A stretch of DNA of 64,000 nt from Abditibacterium sp. GTDB taxonomy: Bacteria > Armatimonadota > Abditibacteriia > Abditibacteriales > Abditibacteriaceae. Positions 49,408 through 59,246 of the stretch are shown here, one piece after another; position 1 is the stretch's first letter, and each line of letters starts with the position of its first letter. Position numbers and translations under genes: made by a program. Location of the stretch: positions 4,544,001 through 4,608,000 of the forward strand of contig CBDASK010000003.1 of assembly GCA_965199495.1 (NCBI GenBank), in the 5' to 3' direction. A model generated the notes under the pieces. The model was not told the origin of the DNA. It did no database searches and saw only the letters and a list, made by a program, of their open reading frames with translations.

Positions 49408-50463
49408 TTAGTTCGCCGCCAAACGCTCGTTCTCCCACGCTTGCAGTTCGCTCATCGGCTCGCCTTTGACGTGCATTTTGTCTTCGGGCACACCAAAATT
49501 TATCGCGGTCAGTTCGGCTAATTTCGCCAAATCATCGGCGCTTAAATCGGGCAAATCGGGCGCGGCGGCGAATTCGTGCAACTGCTCCATATCGTAGATG
49601 TTGGGGAGCGTCGTGCAAACCAACGGCTCGCTCAAAATGAATTTAAGCGCCTGTTGGCCAATCGTCGCTTCGCGGCCTTCGGTCAAGAATTCGAGCGATT
49701 TCAATTTTTCGATACCGTTCAACAGCCATTTGCGCGAACGATGGCGACGATGATCGTTGGCAGCGAACTGCGTTTCGGGGGTGTAATGGCCTTCGAGCAT
49801 ACCCGACGAGTGCGGCACCCGCACCAACAAACCGACTTGTTTTTCGCGCGCTTTATCGAAGAACGCGTTGCCCGGCCACTGCTCGAGCAGATTGTAAATG
49901 ATCTGCATCGAATCCAGCGGGCGATGCTTGAGATAGCCGTTGCCTTCGGTAATCCAGCCATTGGCCGGGCCAAGAGCCACGCCCGCATAACGAATTTTGC
50001 CTTCCTGTTTCAGTTCGCCCAAAACGTCCCAAATTTCGTCGCTGAAAACGCCGCCGATGCGCGCGTTGTGGATTTGCCATAAGGGAATCTGCTCGATGCC
50101 CAGACGTTGCAGCGATTGCTCGCAGGCGAATTTGACGAACTCGCGGTCGAAACGATGCGGCAATTCGACTTGGCCGCGACGCTCTTCGGCGGTCGTATTG
50201 TAAATATCGTAGCCGAATTTGGTGGCATAAACCACGTCGGTCGGGTTCTCGCCGAACGCCTGTTTGAGCAAGGTTTCGCCGCGCCCGTTGGCGTAGGTGT
50301 CGGCGGTATCGAAGAATGTCATGCCCGCATCGCGCGCGGCGCGCAGCATAGCGATGGCTTCTTCGTCGGTCTTTTCGCCCCACCAGTCGGTGGCGACAGT
50401 CCACACGCCGAATCCGACTTCGGATACGGTGAGATCAGTGTTGGGAAGAGTACGGAATTTCAC
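49408..50463 (-). CDS. Aldo/keto reductase
   Basis: VSEVGFG, FFDTADTY, YATKFG, QIIYNLL; GTG start at 50463. Confidence 0.93.
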   Translation of the reverse strand: MKFRTLPNTDLTVSEVGFGVWTVATDWWGEKTDEEAIAMLRAARDAGMTFFDTADTYANGRGETLLKQAFGENPTDVVYATKFGYDIYNTTAEERRGQVELPHRFDREFVKFACEQSLQRLGIEQIPLWQIHNARIGGVFSDEIWDVLGELKQEGKIRYAGVALGPANGWITEGNGYLKHRPLDSMQIIYNLLEQWPGNAFFDKAREKQVGLLVRVPHSSGMLEGHYTPETQFAANDHRRHRSRKWLLNGIEKLKSLEFLTEGREATIGQQALKFILSEPLVCTTLPNIYDMEQLHEFAAAPDLPDLSADDLAKLAELTAINFGVPEDKMHVKGEPMSELQAWENERLAAN

Positions 50464-50525
50464 AAAGTAAAGTTTAGTGAATCGGGCGAATATGACACCT
50501 ATTTTAGACGGAAAAGGAAGACGAC

Positions 50526-50567
50526 AAAAAAAGCGGAAAGCCAAATTGAATTGACTTTCCGCTTTTG
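50526..50567 (-). terminator. Intrinsic terminator of the DUF5679 gene
   Basis: AAAAAAAGCGGAAAG...CTTTCCGCTTTT hairpin with U-tract on the minus strand. Confidence 0.7.
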
Positions 50568-50584
50568 GGGTTGCTGATACCGAT

Positions 50585-50737
50585 TTACGCGGCTGGCATT
50601 GAAGCGCCGATTTTGGTCATCTTGGTGCCGCAGGTCGGACAGGTGCCCTGCACGGCGGGTTTGCCATTTTTCATTTCGATCTGGTGAGGATCGTTCATCT
50701 CACGCTTCTCTTTGCATTTAACGCAGTATGCTTCCAT
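50585..50737 (-). CDS. DUF5679-like small zinc-ribbon protein (50 aa)
   Basis: Hand translation MEAYCVKCKEKREMNDPHQIEMKNGKPAVQGTCPTCGTKMTKIGASMPAA; AAGGAG RBS; below the ORF-track cutoff. Confidence 0.85.
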   Translation of the reverse strand: MEAYCVKCKEKREMNDPHQIEMKNGKPAVQGTCPTCGTKMTKIGASMPAA

Positions 50738-50836
50738 GATTGTTGTTTTGACTCCTTTGAGTGGGTTGTTACGGCTTGGTTTTTTACGACTAAATACGAC
50801 CGCACCTCAGACTTTGCAAAATCGCGGCCTTTACAG

Positions 50837-51256
50837 TTATAAGTCGCGGCTCTCAAAGAACTCGATGATTTCCCCATCTGGGCCAACAACGAAAGCGATT
50901 TTCGTTTTGAGTCCCATCTCGGTAAAAACACCGGGCACCATCGGCTCGGTTCTTATCTCTGCTCCGGCTGCGACCGCCGTTTGGAATGCGGCCTCGCAAT
51001 CGTCGGTGCGGAGGCATAAGTGTAACAGATTTGGCTCGCCACTGAGCGTGGACGCCTCGTCGCGCTCGAATATTTCGAGGTAGTTGCCGTCGCCCGTATT
51101 GAGCATGATCGCACGTTTGGGCGCCACGCCCCAACGGATTTTTTCGACGAACCCCAGACCATCACAATAAAAACGAATGCTTTTGTCCCAATCGTTGGTG
51201 CGAATGGCGATGTGGTGAAATCCACAGCCGGGAATTTTTGGGTTGGTATTTTCCAT
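50837..51256 (-). CDS. VOC (glyoxalase/bleomycin resistance) family protein
   Basis: FHHIAI...SIRFY..GLGF, YLEIF, HLCL, GPDGEIIEF. Confidence 0.9.
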   Translation of the reverse strand: MENTNPKIPGCGFHHIAIRTNDWDKSIRFYCDGLGFVEKIRWGVAPKRAIMLNTGDGNYLEIFERDEASTLSGEPNLLHLCLRTDDCEAAFQTAVAAGAEIRTEPMVPGVFTEMGLKTKIAFVVGPDGEIIEFFESRDL

Positions 51257-51312
51257 CAAGCGCGTGTATTGCTCAGAATTGATGCCAATTTGGCGCGGCA
51301 ATTAAATTACGC

Positions 51313-51930
51313 TCATTCATCTTCGCTCGCGTCCTTACCGTCGCCGTGGCTGCTTAAATCTTCGCGCGCTTTCAAACTGCCGCGCTCGAACAGATTCATC
51401 GTTTGCGCGCCCGCGCCTTCCTCCATCGCGGCGAATTCGGCCAAATCGGGCAAATCGGCCAACGATTTGAGTCCGAACTGTTCCAGAAACAACGGCCCGC
51501 TCTCGAACAGCCACGGGCGTCCCGGCGCGTCTTTGCGCCCATTGGGCGCAACCAGTTTGCGCTCCAACAAAAAGTTGAGCGGCCCGCCGCTATCCACACC
51601 GCGTAGCGCGTCAATGTCGCCGCGCGTGACGGGCTGACGATAAGCGACAATCGCTAAAACCTCGAACGCCGCGCGCGAAAGTCGGCTCTTTTTCTCGTCG
51701 CGCAAACGCCGAATATAAGGTGCATAAATCGCCTTAGTCACGAATTGCCAGCCGCCCGCGACTTCAACTAATTGCAACGCGCCGATGCCGTTTTTCTCGC
51801 GCGCCAAATCTTCCAACGCCGCACGCACTTCGTCGAGCGAAATTTCGGCAGCATTGGCCAAGCGCTCTGCCGCAATCGGACGGTCGGCGGCGAATAACAA
51901 CGCTTCGATAATATCGGTGGATTGAGGCAT
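51313..51930 (-). CDS. scpB: SMC-Scp complex subunit ScpB
   Basis: IEALLFAA, LSRAAFEVLAIVAYRQPVTR, PGRP...FLEQFGLKSLADLP. Confidence 0.95.
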   Translation of the reverse strand: MPQSTDIIEALLFAADRPIAAERLANAAEISLDEVRAALEDLAREKNGIGALQLVEVAGGWQFVTKAIYAPYIRRLRDEKKSRLSRAAFEVLAIVAYRQPVTRGDIDALRGVDSGGPLNFLLERKLVAPNGRKDAPGRPWLFESGPLFLEQFGLKSLADLPDLAEFAAMEEGAGAQTMNLFERGSLKAREDLSSHGDGKDASEDE

Positions 51931-51954
51931 GGGGAAAAGGATGAATAGTGCGGT

Positions 51955-51997
51955 TGATATTTGTGAATGCGATATAAAATCGCATTCACAAATATCA
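51955..51997. repeat. AT-rich perfect hairpin between scpA and scpB
   Basis: TGATATTTGTGAATGCGAT-ATAAA-ATCGCATTCACAAATATCA. Confidence 0.7.
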
Positions 51998-52015
51998 GCG
52001 AAGACCCATTTTCTT

Positions 52016-52840
52016 TTACTCTTTCGCTTTTTCGATCCAAATTTCTTCAAACAATTCGGCCTGTTTCACGAGGGCGCGACCACGCCGAATTAATTCCAAA
52101 ACCGCCAAAAACGTGACGACAACTTCCAAACGGCTCTGGCAATCTTCGCACAGCGATTCAAAGTTTAAGCGGCCCGCGCCTGCTAATTTCCATTCGACAT
52201 CGCGCAACCGTTCCGGCAGCGAAAATGGTTCGCGGCGCACAAGAGCCACCGGCGCTTCTTCCATGCGTTTCAGCACGCGCTTGAGCGCCGATAATAAATC
52301 GAAACTCGAAACATCCGATAACAACAGTGATTGCGAAAGTTCGGCGTCGAAACTGTTCCAGCTATTTTTGAGCGCATCGGGCGAACGCGCGAACAAGTCG
52401 GCGCGCGCCTCACGTTTGTCGCGCAGTTCTTCGGCGGCTTCCTGAATGCGCTGATATTCCAACAAGCGCTCGACCAACTCGGCGCGCGGGTCGGCACTTT
52501 CGTCGTCCATCGCATCTTCGTTTTCCGATTCGGCTTTGGGCAACAACATGCGCGCCTTGATCTGCATCAGCGTCGCCGCCGTCACCAGAAAATCGCCCGC
52601 CGTTTCAGCGCCGATTTCTTCCATCAAGCTCAGATATTCCACAAACTCGCTGGTGATGCGCGCAATGGGAATATCGAAAATATCATAACGATGCGCGCGA
52701 ATTAAATACAACAACAAATCGAGCGGCCCCTCGAAAATCGGGAGCGCGATTTTATGGCCGGTGAAACGGTCGGGGTCTTTGACCTGCGGCTGAGCGTGCG
52801 CGCCCTGATGCGCCGATGCTTCGTTAAGCGGTTCTTTCAT
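52016..52840 (-). CDS. scpA: Segregation and condensation protein ScpA
   Basis: FEGPLDLLLYLI, FLVTAATL..IKARMLLP, DPRAELV, VTFLAVLEL. Confidence 0.95.
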   Translation of the reverse strand: MKEPLNEASAHQGAHAQPQVKDPDRFTGHKIALPIFEGPLDLLLYLIRAHRYDIFDIPIARITSEFVEYLSLMEEIGAETAGDFLVTAATLMQIKARMLLPKAESENEDAMDDESADPRAELVERLLEYQRIQEAAEELRDKREARADLFARSPDALKNSWNSFDAELSQSLLLSDVSSFDLLSALKRVLKRMEEAPVALVRREPFSLPERLRDVEWKLAGAGRLNFESLCEDCQSRLEVVVTFLAVLELIRRGRALVKQAELFEEIWIEKAKE

Positions 52841-52956
52841 GCGGGTGCCTCGCCCCAATCGCCGGGATTCTTGGCGATGTCATCGCCCAAATAATGAGCG
52901 GTGTAGGCGTGCGCGAATTCGTGAATAAAGCGAGCGGGAAAATCCATAAAAACCGC

Positions 52957-53114
52957 TTGACAAAAAACTCAATAGCCACAAAAACACAGAAATCACAAAA
53001 GGAACAAAAAATTCAAAAGACTTTGAAGCGCAACGATTCGGCGAAGAAAGTTCGACAATCTATTTTGAACCCTTTTGTAATTTCTGTGTTTTTGTGGCTA
53101 TTGAGTTTTTTCAA
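52957..53114. repeat. Long AT-rich inverted repeat of CACA(A/G)AA units
   Basis: AAAAAACTCAATAGCCACAAAAACACAGAAATCACAAAAGG / CCTTTTGTAATTTCTGTGTTTTTGTGGCTATTGAGTTTTTT. Confidence 0.8.
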
Positions 53115-53115
53115 A

Positions 53116-54459
53116 CTATCGGCTCCCCGCCATTTGCGCGTTCGCTTGCGCGCGCAAACGGTCGGGAATCAAATCGTGGCTCAAAACATCTTCCAACGTT
53201 TCGCGTTCGATGATTAAATCGGCCTCGCCATCGTTCACCAAAACGACCGCCGGGCGGCGAAAGCGATTGTAATTGCTCGCCATCGCATACGCATAAGCGC
53301 CCGTCGAATAGACCGCGATCACGTCGCCGCGCGTGGGTTTTGCGATGTGCGCTTCTTCGATCAAAACGTCGGTTTCGCAGTGTTTGCCCGCAATCGCGAC
53401 TTGCACCAAATCGGTCTCGTGCGCGTGGCTGGCGTTGAGCGCGAAATATTTCGCTTCATAAAGCGCCGGACGCGGGTTGTCACTCAGGCCGCCGTCCACC
53501 GAAACGTAGGTGTTCACGTTGGGAATCTCTTTAATTGTGCCCACGCGATACAACGTCGTGCCCGCTTCGCCGACCATCGAACGGCCCGGCTCAACGGCCA
53601 ATTGCGGCATATCGAGATTTAATTTCGCGCACTCTTGCCGCACTGTGCCAACTAAAGTCGCGACGTATTCGTCCATCGAAGGCGGCTCATGCTCCGGCAA
53701 ATAGCGAATGCCCAGACCGCCGCCCAAATCGAGTTGCTCGAAGGTAACGCCCAAATCGTCGCGGATTTCGCCCAGAAACTCGCACATCAAACGCGCGGCG
53801 AGCGTGAAAAATGGCGCGTCCAAAATCTGCGACCCGATATGACAACCGACGCCGATGAGTTCGAGATTTTCTTTGCCCAGCGCCGCTTCGACGCCGCGCC
53901 GCGCCATGCCGCCGTCAATGTTGAAGCCGAACTTGGTGTCAATGCGTCCGGTCTGAATCAGGCGATGCGTGTGCGCGTCAACGGCGGGCGTCAGCCGCAA
54001 CATAATGGTTTGCCTGACGCCTTTTTCTCCGGCCATCCGGTTCAAACGGTCGAGTTCGTCGAAGTTGTCCACGATGACGCGCCCGATTTTGGCGTCCAAG
54101 GCCATTGCGAGTTCTTCGTCCGATTTGTTGTTGCCGTGGAAAATAATCCGTTCGACGGGGAAATCGGCGCGCAGAGCCGTCAGCAGTTCGCCCGCCGAAG
54201 CGACGTCTATCCACAAACCTTCCTGCGCCGCGATTTTGGCAATCGCCAAACAGGGAAACGCCTTGGAAGCGTAAGTGATATGCGTTTGCACATTGTGCGC
54301 ATCGAAGGCCGCGCGCAAGCCGCGCATCTGGCCGCGAATGTGGGCTTCGTCCATTACGATGAGCGGCGTGCCAAACTGCTGAGCCAATTCGACGGCATCG
54401 CAGCCGCCGATGGACAAATGATTCTGGGAGTTGAGAGATTGGGTTCCAAGCGTAAACAC
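53116..54459 (-). CDS. lysA: Diaminopimelate decarboxylase
   Basis: YASKA (PLP Lys), HGNNKS, HIGSQI, EPGR, GKHCETD, MASNYN. Confidence 0.96.
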   Translation of the reverse strand: MFTLGTQSLNSQNHLSIGGCDAVELAQQFGTPLIVMDEAHIRGQMRGLRAAFDAHNVQTHITYASKAFPCLAIAKIAAQEGLWIDVASAGELLTALRADFPVERIIFHGNNKSDEELAMALDAKIGRVIVDNFDELDRLNRMAGEKGVRQTIMLRLTPAVDAHTHRLIQTGRIDTKFGFNIDGGMARRGVEAALGKENLELIGVGCHIGSQILDAPFFTLAARLMCEFLGEIRDDLGVTFEQLDLGGGLGIRYLPEHEPPSMDEYVATLVGTVRQECAKLNLDMPQLAVEPGRSMVGEAGTTLYRVGTIKEIPNVNTYVSVDGGLSDNPRPALYEAKYFALNASHAHETDLVQVAIAGKHCETDVLIEEAHIAKPTRGDVIAVYSTGAYAYAMASNYNRFRRPAVVLVNDGEADLIIERETLEDVLSHDLIPDRLRAQANAQMAGSR

Positions 54460-54635
54460 GGGTAAGTATCCTTGAGCGAAACTTTCTTTATAAAAGGCAA
54501 ATTTCGAGAAAAGTGTCGCGTAAGTTTAGCAGAAAACCGGGTTTTCTCTTGAACTCTGGCGCGTCAATTCATACGGAGCGCTCGCTACACTATGAAAAAC
54601 TCGCGTTACTGCGCGCGCACCCCGCGTTTTCGTTC

Positions 54636-55589
54636 ATGCCATTTTATTCCGTCATTATTCCCGTTTTTAATCGGGCCGATTTGGTCAGTGCCACGCTCGA
54701 TAGCGTGATGGCGCAGAGCTGCACCGATTGGGAACTTCTCGTGATTGACGATGGCTCGACCGATGGCACCTTGGAAGTTTTGCGAGCTTATCGGGAAAAG
54801 TTAGGCGAGCGGATGCGGGTTTTGCAACAGAAACACGCCGGGCCGGGCGCCGCGCGCAATCAGGGCCTCGCGGCAGCCACCGGCACTTATCTGGCGTTTC
54901 TTGATAGCGACGATTTATGGTTTCCGTGGACATTAGAGTTTTATCGAACGACGTTGGGAAATCACGATTTCCCGGCGTTTTTGGCGGGCGAACCGTTGGT
55001 TTTTCGGCAGATGTCGGAGTGGGAAAACCGCCGCAATCAAAGCTGCGACGAAATCGCGCGAACAGCGCGCGTTGAACGATTCGACGATTACTTGTGCGCC
55101 GATTTGCCGACCGATTGGTTTAGCGCTTCGTCGTTCGTGGTGCGCCGCGACGCTGTGCGCGACAAATCGTTTTGCGCGCGCCCGATTAATGCCGAAGACA
55201 TTGATTTCACGCTGCAAATGAGCGCTGAACCCGGCTTTGTCAATGTGCAATCGCCCGCCACTTTCGGCTATCGCCAGCACGCGGGCGGCATCACCAAAAA
55301 ATACGGTCGCACCGTGCAGGGCATGGAATTATTGATCAACAGCGAGCGCAACGGCCTTTATCCGGGCGGACGAACGCGCCAGCACGCCCGCCTGATGATG
55401 CTTTCGCGCCATCTGCGCCCGGCGTTGCTGGAGTTTCTCGACCAAGGCTATCGCCGCCGCGCGTGGCGCGCGTTTGCCCGCACGCTGCTCTGGCATATCC
55501 GTCTGGGACGCGTCCGATTTTTGCTCGGTTTCGTGCTGCGGAGCCTACGAGTTCAACGGAGGCACAAACAAAATCGTAAACGAAAATAA
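54636..55589 (+). CDS. Family 2 glycosyltransferase
   Basis: SVIIPVFNR, IDDGSTD, GPGAARNQG, AFLDSDD, AEDIDF. Confidence 0.92.
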   Translation: MPFYSVIIPVFNRADLVSATLDSVMAQSCTDWELLVIDDGSTDGTLEVLRAYREKLGERMRVLQQKHAGPGAARNQGLAAATGTYLAFLDSDDLWFPWTLEFYRTTLGNHDFPAFLAGEPLVFRQMSEWENRRNQSCDEIARTARVERFDDYLCADLPTDWFSASSFVVRRDAVRDKSFCARPINAEDIDFTLQMSAEPGFVNVQSPATFGYRQHAGGITKKYGRTVQGMELLINSERNGLYPGGRTRQHARLMMLSRHLRPALLEFLDQGYRRRAWRAFARTLLWHIRLGRVRFLLGFVLRSLRVQRRHKQNRKRK

Positions 55590-55807
55590 GCAACCTTTCC
55601 CATACATTCTCATCAAAATAAAGTACCGACTCAAACGATTATTGATGTCCCCAAGCACAATATTTAGATTTAGCTTAGAATAAATCTATCTTCAAATGGA
55701 TTTTATGAGTTCGTAAGATAATGGCAACTTCCTTGTTTATACCAGAAAAACAGCGATGTGAAAGCAGTTCTCCGCGCACAAACTCTGCTGAATCTGAGAC
55801 GCCTTCT

Positions 55808-57130
55808 ATGACTCAAATCCACACTTTCATGCACCAAAGCATTCCCGACAACTGGCCCGGCGCCGCGCTTCAAGAAACGATCTCTTGTAACCGAGATTTC
55901 TTCAGCAACAAACGCGTTTTGGTGACGGGCGCCTGTGGCTTTGTAGGCGGTCATCTGGCGCGCGCGCTTCATCTGGCGGGCGCCGATGTGGTGGCGCTCG
56001 ATATTCGCGGGGCGCAGGGTTCGCACCTCGAATTAACCGGAGTTTCCGACGAAATCGAGATGGTGCGCGGCGACATTACTGACCGCCGCCACATGGAAGA
56101 ATTAGTCGCAAAAGGCAATTTTTCCCACATTTTTCATCTGGCGGCGGGCGCGACAACGGTTGAAAAAGCGATGACCGACCCGGTCGGCACCATCATGGCC
56201 AACACGATGGGCTTCGTCAATCTGGCCGAGGGCGCGCGCCTGGTGCCCGCCGATAAGCGCCCAACAGTGATTTATTCTTCGACTGATAAAGTTTATGGCG
56301 AACACGAAATATTGCCTTATACCGAAGATCATGGATTGGGCGGCGTTGGCGTTTATGATGCCGCTAAATTGTGCGCCGATATATTGGCTTCGACTTATCA
56401 TAAGGCTTTGGGAGTGCCGACAATTGTATTGCGTATGTGCAACATTTATGGGCCTTATGATTTCAATTTCGACTATCGTTTAATTCCCAAAGCGATGCGC
56501 AATATCTTTCGCGATGGCGAGGCGCCCGAATTGTATATGAATTCGGTCGAACACTTTCGCGATTATCTGTTTGTCGAGGACGCGGTGCGCGCCTATTTTC
56601 ATATCGCGCGCTGCCAAAATTGTCATGGCCGCGTCTACAATTTGCCGGGGGCGCTTTACGCTTCGACGCCCGACATTTTACGCGAAATCGTCAGCCATAT
56701 CGGCACGCTGCAAGAGCGCGCCGCCGAGGCAAAGCCCGATTCGAGTTTCGCCAATCATCGCTGGGATCGCTCGATCAAAATCGTGCCGTCCGACCCCAAT
56801 CTCATCACGATTTCCAAGCAGCATTTGGATGGCACGCGCATCTTTAACGAAACCGGTTTCGAGCCGAAAACCAGCTTTCATCAGGGATTGGCAGCCACGG
56901 CGCCCTTTTATCAGTGGTATTTTGAAAACATCGCGCCTTCTGAGCGTCGCGCATCGAATCTCACGTTGGCACAAACAGAGGAGAAACCCGCGTTCGATGG
57001 CGGTTTTCATACGGTGATGACCGACGACGGATTGCCAATCAGCGTTTTGAATCCAATTATGCGCGAACAAACGCAACACGAAATCATAGAAAGCTCGCCG
57101 CGTCCCTCGATTTTTTCGATGGTTAAATGA
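55808..57130 (+). CDS. NAD-dependent nucleotide-sugar epimerase/dehydratase (extended SDR)
   Basis: VLVTGACGFVG, HLAA, SSTDKVYG, YDAAK, NIYGP; start uncertain (55721/55808/55829). Confidence 0.9.
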   Translation: MTQIHTFMHQSIPDNWPGAALQETISCNRDFFSNKRVLVTGACGFVGGHLARALHLAGADVVALDIRGAQGSHLELTGVSDEIEMVRGDITDRRHMEELVAKGNFSHIFHLAAGATTVEKAMTDPVGTIMANTMGFVNLAEGARLVPADKRPTVIYSSTDKVYGEHEILPYTEDHGLGGVGVYDAAKLCADILASTYHKALGVPTIVLRMCNIYGPYDFNFDYRLIPKAMRNIFRDGEAPELYMNSVEHFRDYLFVEDAVRAYFHIARCQNCHGRVYNLPGALYASTPDILREIVSHIGTLQERAAEAKPDSSFANHRWDRSIKIVPSDPNLITISKQHLDGTRIFNETGFEPKTSFHQGLAATAPFYQWYFENIAPSERRASNLTLAQTEEKPAFDGGFHTVMTDDGLPISVLNPIMREQTQHEIIESSPRPSIFSMVK

Positions 57131-58164
57131 GCATGAATTGGCACACACAACGCGCCTTAGTTTTGGGCGCCGCAGGCTTTTGCGGCGCCCATTTATGCGA
57201 CCAATTGGTGCGGCTTAGCTGCCATGTCATCGGACTGGATAAATCATTGCCACCCGCTTCGTGGTTGCATAGTTCGGGCACTTTGAATCAAATAGATTGG
57301 CGCGACGGAGACATTCTTGATTTAGACCATTTAAAACTATTGTTAGCCAGTAATTCAATTGATACAATTTTCCTATTGGCGGCACAACCCATTGTTTCGA
57401 TTTCCAACTCTTATCCGCTCGAAACAGCGCAGACCAATATTATCGGAACTTACAATGTATTGGAAGCGATGCGCGTTTTGCCCAGTCCGCCTAAGTTAGT
57501 TTTCGCTTCGTCGGGCGCTTATTATGGCGCGACCAATACGCAAAGCGCCATCACCGAAGATGAACCGGCGTTAGTCGCGGGCAATATTTACGCGCCGACC
57601 AAGGCGGCGGCAGATTTGGCGGTGCGTTGCTACGCCAAAATTTATGGCCTACGCGCCGCCAGTTGCCGTTGGATGAACACTTACGGCCCCGGCGACCTCA
57701 ACTTTTCGCGCATTATTCCGGCGACGATGAAACGTTTGAGCTGTAACCAACGCGGTTTAATTGATGGCACCGACGGCACCAACGTTTTGGAAATGCTGCA
57801 TATTGACGATATGATCGAAGCCTACCTCGCCGTGGCTGCTGCTCTCGACCGCGACGAAGTGCGCGGCCAAGCCTTTAATTTCGGCGGCGGCGCGCCGCTT
57901 CAACTCAGCCACGTCGTGCGCGAAGCGGCGCGCGCGTGGAATGAAGTGAATGGAACGAACGTTGAAATCGAACCGGAAATCACCGGGCCGAAAATTGATT
58001 CGGTGAAATATCTGGATATTTCCCGCGCGCGTGAAGTATTGGATTGGACTCCGCAAATTAGTTTGCAAGAGGGCTTGCGCGAAACGGCACAATGGTATCG
58101 CGATTATTTTGATAATTCAATTTCGCGCAGAGACGCAGAGAGATTGAAGAACTTCGTAAGGTGA
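57127..58164 (+). CDS. NAD-dependent nucleotide-sugar epimerase/dehydratase (extended SDR)
   Basis: LVLGAAGFCG, LAAQP, YAPTK, NTYGPGD; ATGA overlap with the previous gene. Confidence 0.9.
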   Translation: MSMNWHTQRALVLGAAGFCGAHLCDQLVRLSCHVIGLDKSLPPASWLHSSGTLNQIDWRDGDILDLDHLKLLLASNSIDTIFLLAAQPIVSISNSYPLETAQTNIIGTYNVLEAMRVLPSPPKLVFASSGAYYGATNTQSAITEDEPALVAGNIYAPTKAAADLAVRCYAKIYGLRAASCRWMNTYGPGDLNFSRIIPATMKRLSCNQRGLIDGTDGTNVLEMLHIDDMIEAYLAVAAALDRDEVRGQAFNFGGGAPLQLSHVVREAARAWNEVNGTNVEIEPEITGPKIDSVKYLDISRAREVLDWTPQISLQEGLRETAQWYRDYFDNSISRRDAERLKNFVR

Positions 58165-58243
58165 TTGAAGAACGACCAAAAAATGGAGAATTTACATTTT
58201 CTTTTGATTGTCCCTGATTTTCTTTGCGTCTCTGCGTGAAATT
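58119..58243. repeat. Inverted repeat (CGCAGAGA units) overlapping the 3' end of the epimerase gene
   Basis: AATTTCGCGCAGAGACGCAGAGA / TCTTTGCGTCTCTGCGTGAAATT. Confidence 0.7.
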
Positions 58244-58245
58244 TT

Positions 58246-59136
58246 TCACCGCGCACGCACATCGTTTTGCGGCCAACTCAAACCGGTGAGACGGTCGTAA
58301 GCCTCAACGTATTTGGCGCGCGTGCCTTGGACGACATCGGCGGGCAAGTTTGGCCCCGGCGCGCTTTTGTTCCATTCCAGCGTTTCGAGATAATCGCGCA
58401 CGAACTGTTTGTCGAGCGATTGTTGCGCCCTGCCCGCTTCGTAAGTCGCGGCTTCCCAATAGCGCGACGAATCGGGCGTGGCCATTTCGTCAACAACGAT
58501 CAAATCGCCGTCGGCCATGCCCATCTCGAATTTAGTATCGGCTAAAATTAAACCTTTGCTTTCGGCGAAAGTGTTGATCCAATCATAGAGTTCGAGCGAC
58601 GCGTCGCGCACCTGTTTGGCGCGCACTTCGCCCAAAATTTCGACGGTTTGTTCCCACGAAATCGGCGCGTCGTGATCGCCCAATTCGGCTTTGGTCGTCG
58701 GCGTAAAAATCGGCTGGGGCAACTTGTCCGATTCGCGCAAACCGGCGGGCAACTTCACGCCGCAAACTTCGCCGGTTTGTTGGTATTGCTTCCAGCCACT
58801 GCCCGATAAATAGCCGCGCACCACGCATTCGACCGGCAAAACTTCGGCTTTGCGACACAACATCGCGCGGCCATTCCAATCGCTTTCGGCACCGAATTCA
58901 TTCCACGGCGCGGGAAAATCGGGCACGCGATGCAACAATAAATGATTGTCAATGATGTGCGAAGTGCGCGCGAACCAGAAGACGGAAAGCGTCGAAAGAA
59001 TGCGGCCTTTATCGGGAATCGGCGTCGGCAAAATCACGTCGAACGCCGAAATGCGGTCGGTCGCAACCAGAATAATGTTGTCGCCCGCATCGTAAATTTC
59101 GCGGACTTTGCCAGTTTTTATGGGTTGAATTTGCAT
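58246..59136 (-). CDS. purC: Phosphoribosylaminoimidazole-succinocarboxamide synthase
   Basis: GKVREIY, TDRISAFD, ECVVRGYLSGS, ADTKFE, TPDSSR, DKQFVRD. Confidence 0.97.
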   Translation of the reverse strand: MQIQPIKTGKVREIYDAGDNIILVATDRISAFDVILPTPIPDKGRILSTLSVFWFARTSHIIDNHLLLHRVPDFPAPWNEFGAESDWNGRAMLCRKAEVLPVECVVRGYLSGSGWKQYQQTGEVCGVKLPAGLRESDKLPQPIFTPTTKAELGDHDAPISWEQTVEILGEVRAKQVRDASLELYDWINTFAESKGLILADTKFEMGMADGDLIVVDEMATPDSSRYWEAATYEAGRAQQSLDKQFVRDYLETLEWNKSAPGPNLPADVVQGTRAKYVEAYDRLTGLSWPQNDVRAR

Positions 59137-59146
59137 ATTTTCTTGG

Positions 59147-59238
59147 TTCACACAAAGGGACAAAGTTCACACCAAGAACACGAAGAGTTTTTGGAATTGC
59201 TTTGTATCCCTGGTGCGAACTTTGTCCCTTTGTGTGAA
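59147..59238. repeat. Inverted repeat of ACAAAG units (same style as 37904-38023)
   Basis: TTCACACAAAGGGACAAAGTTCACACCA / TGGTGCGAACTTTGTCCCTTTGTGTGAA. Confidence 0.8.
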
Positions 59239-59246
59239 ATTTCAAT

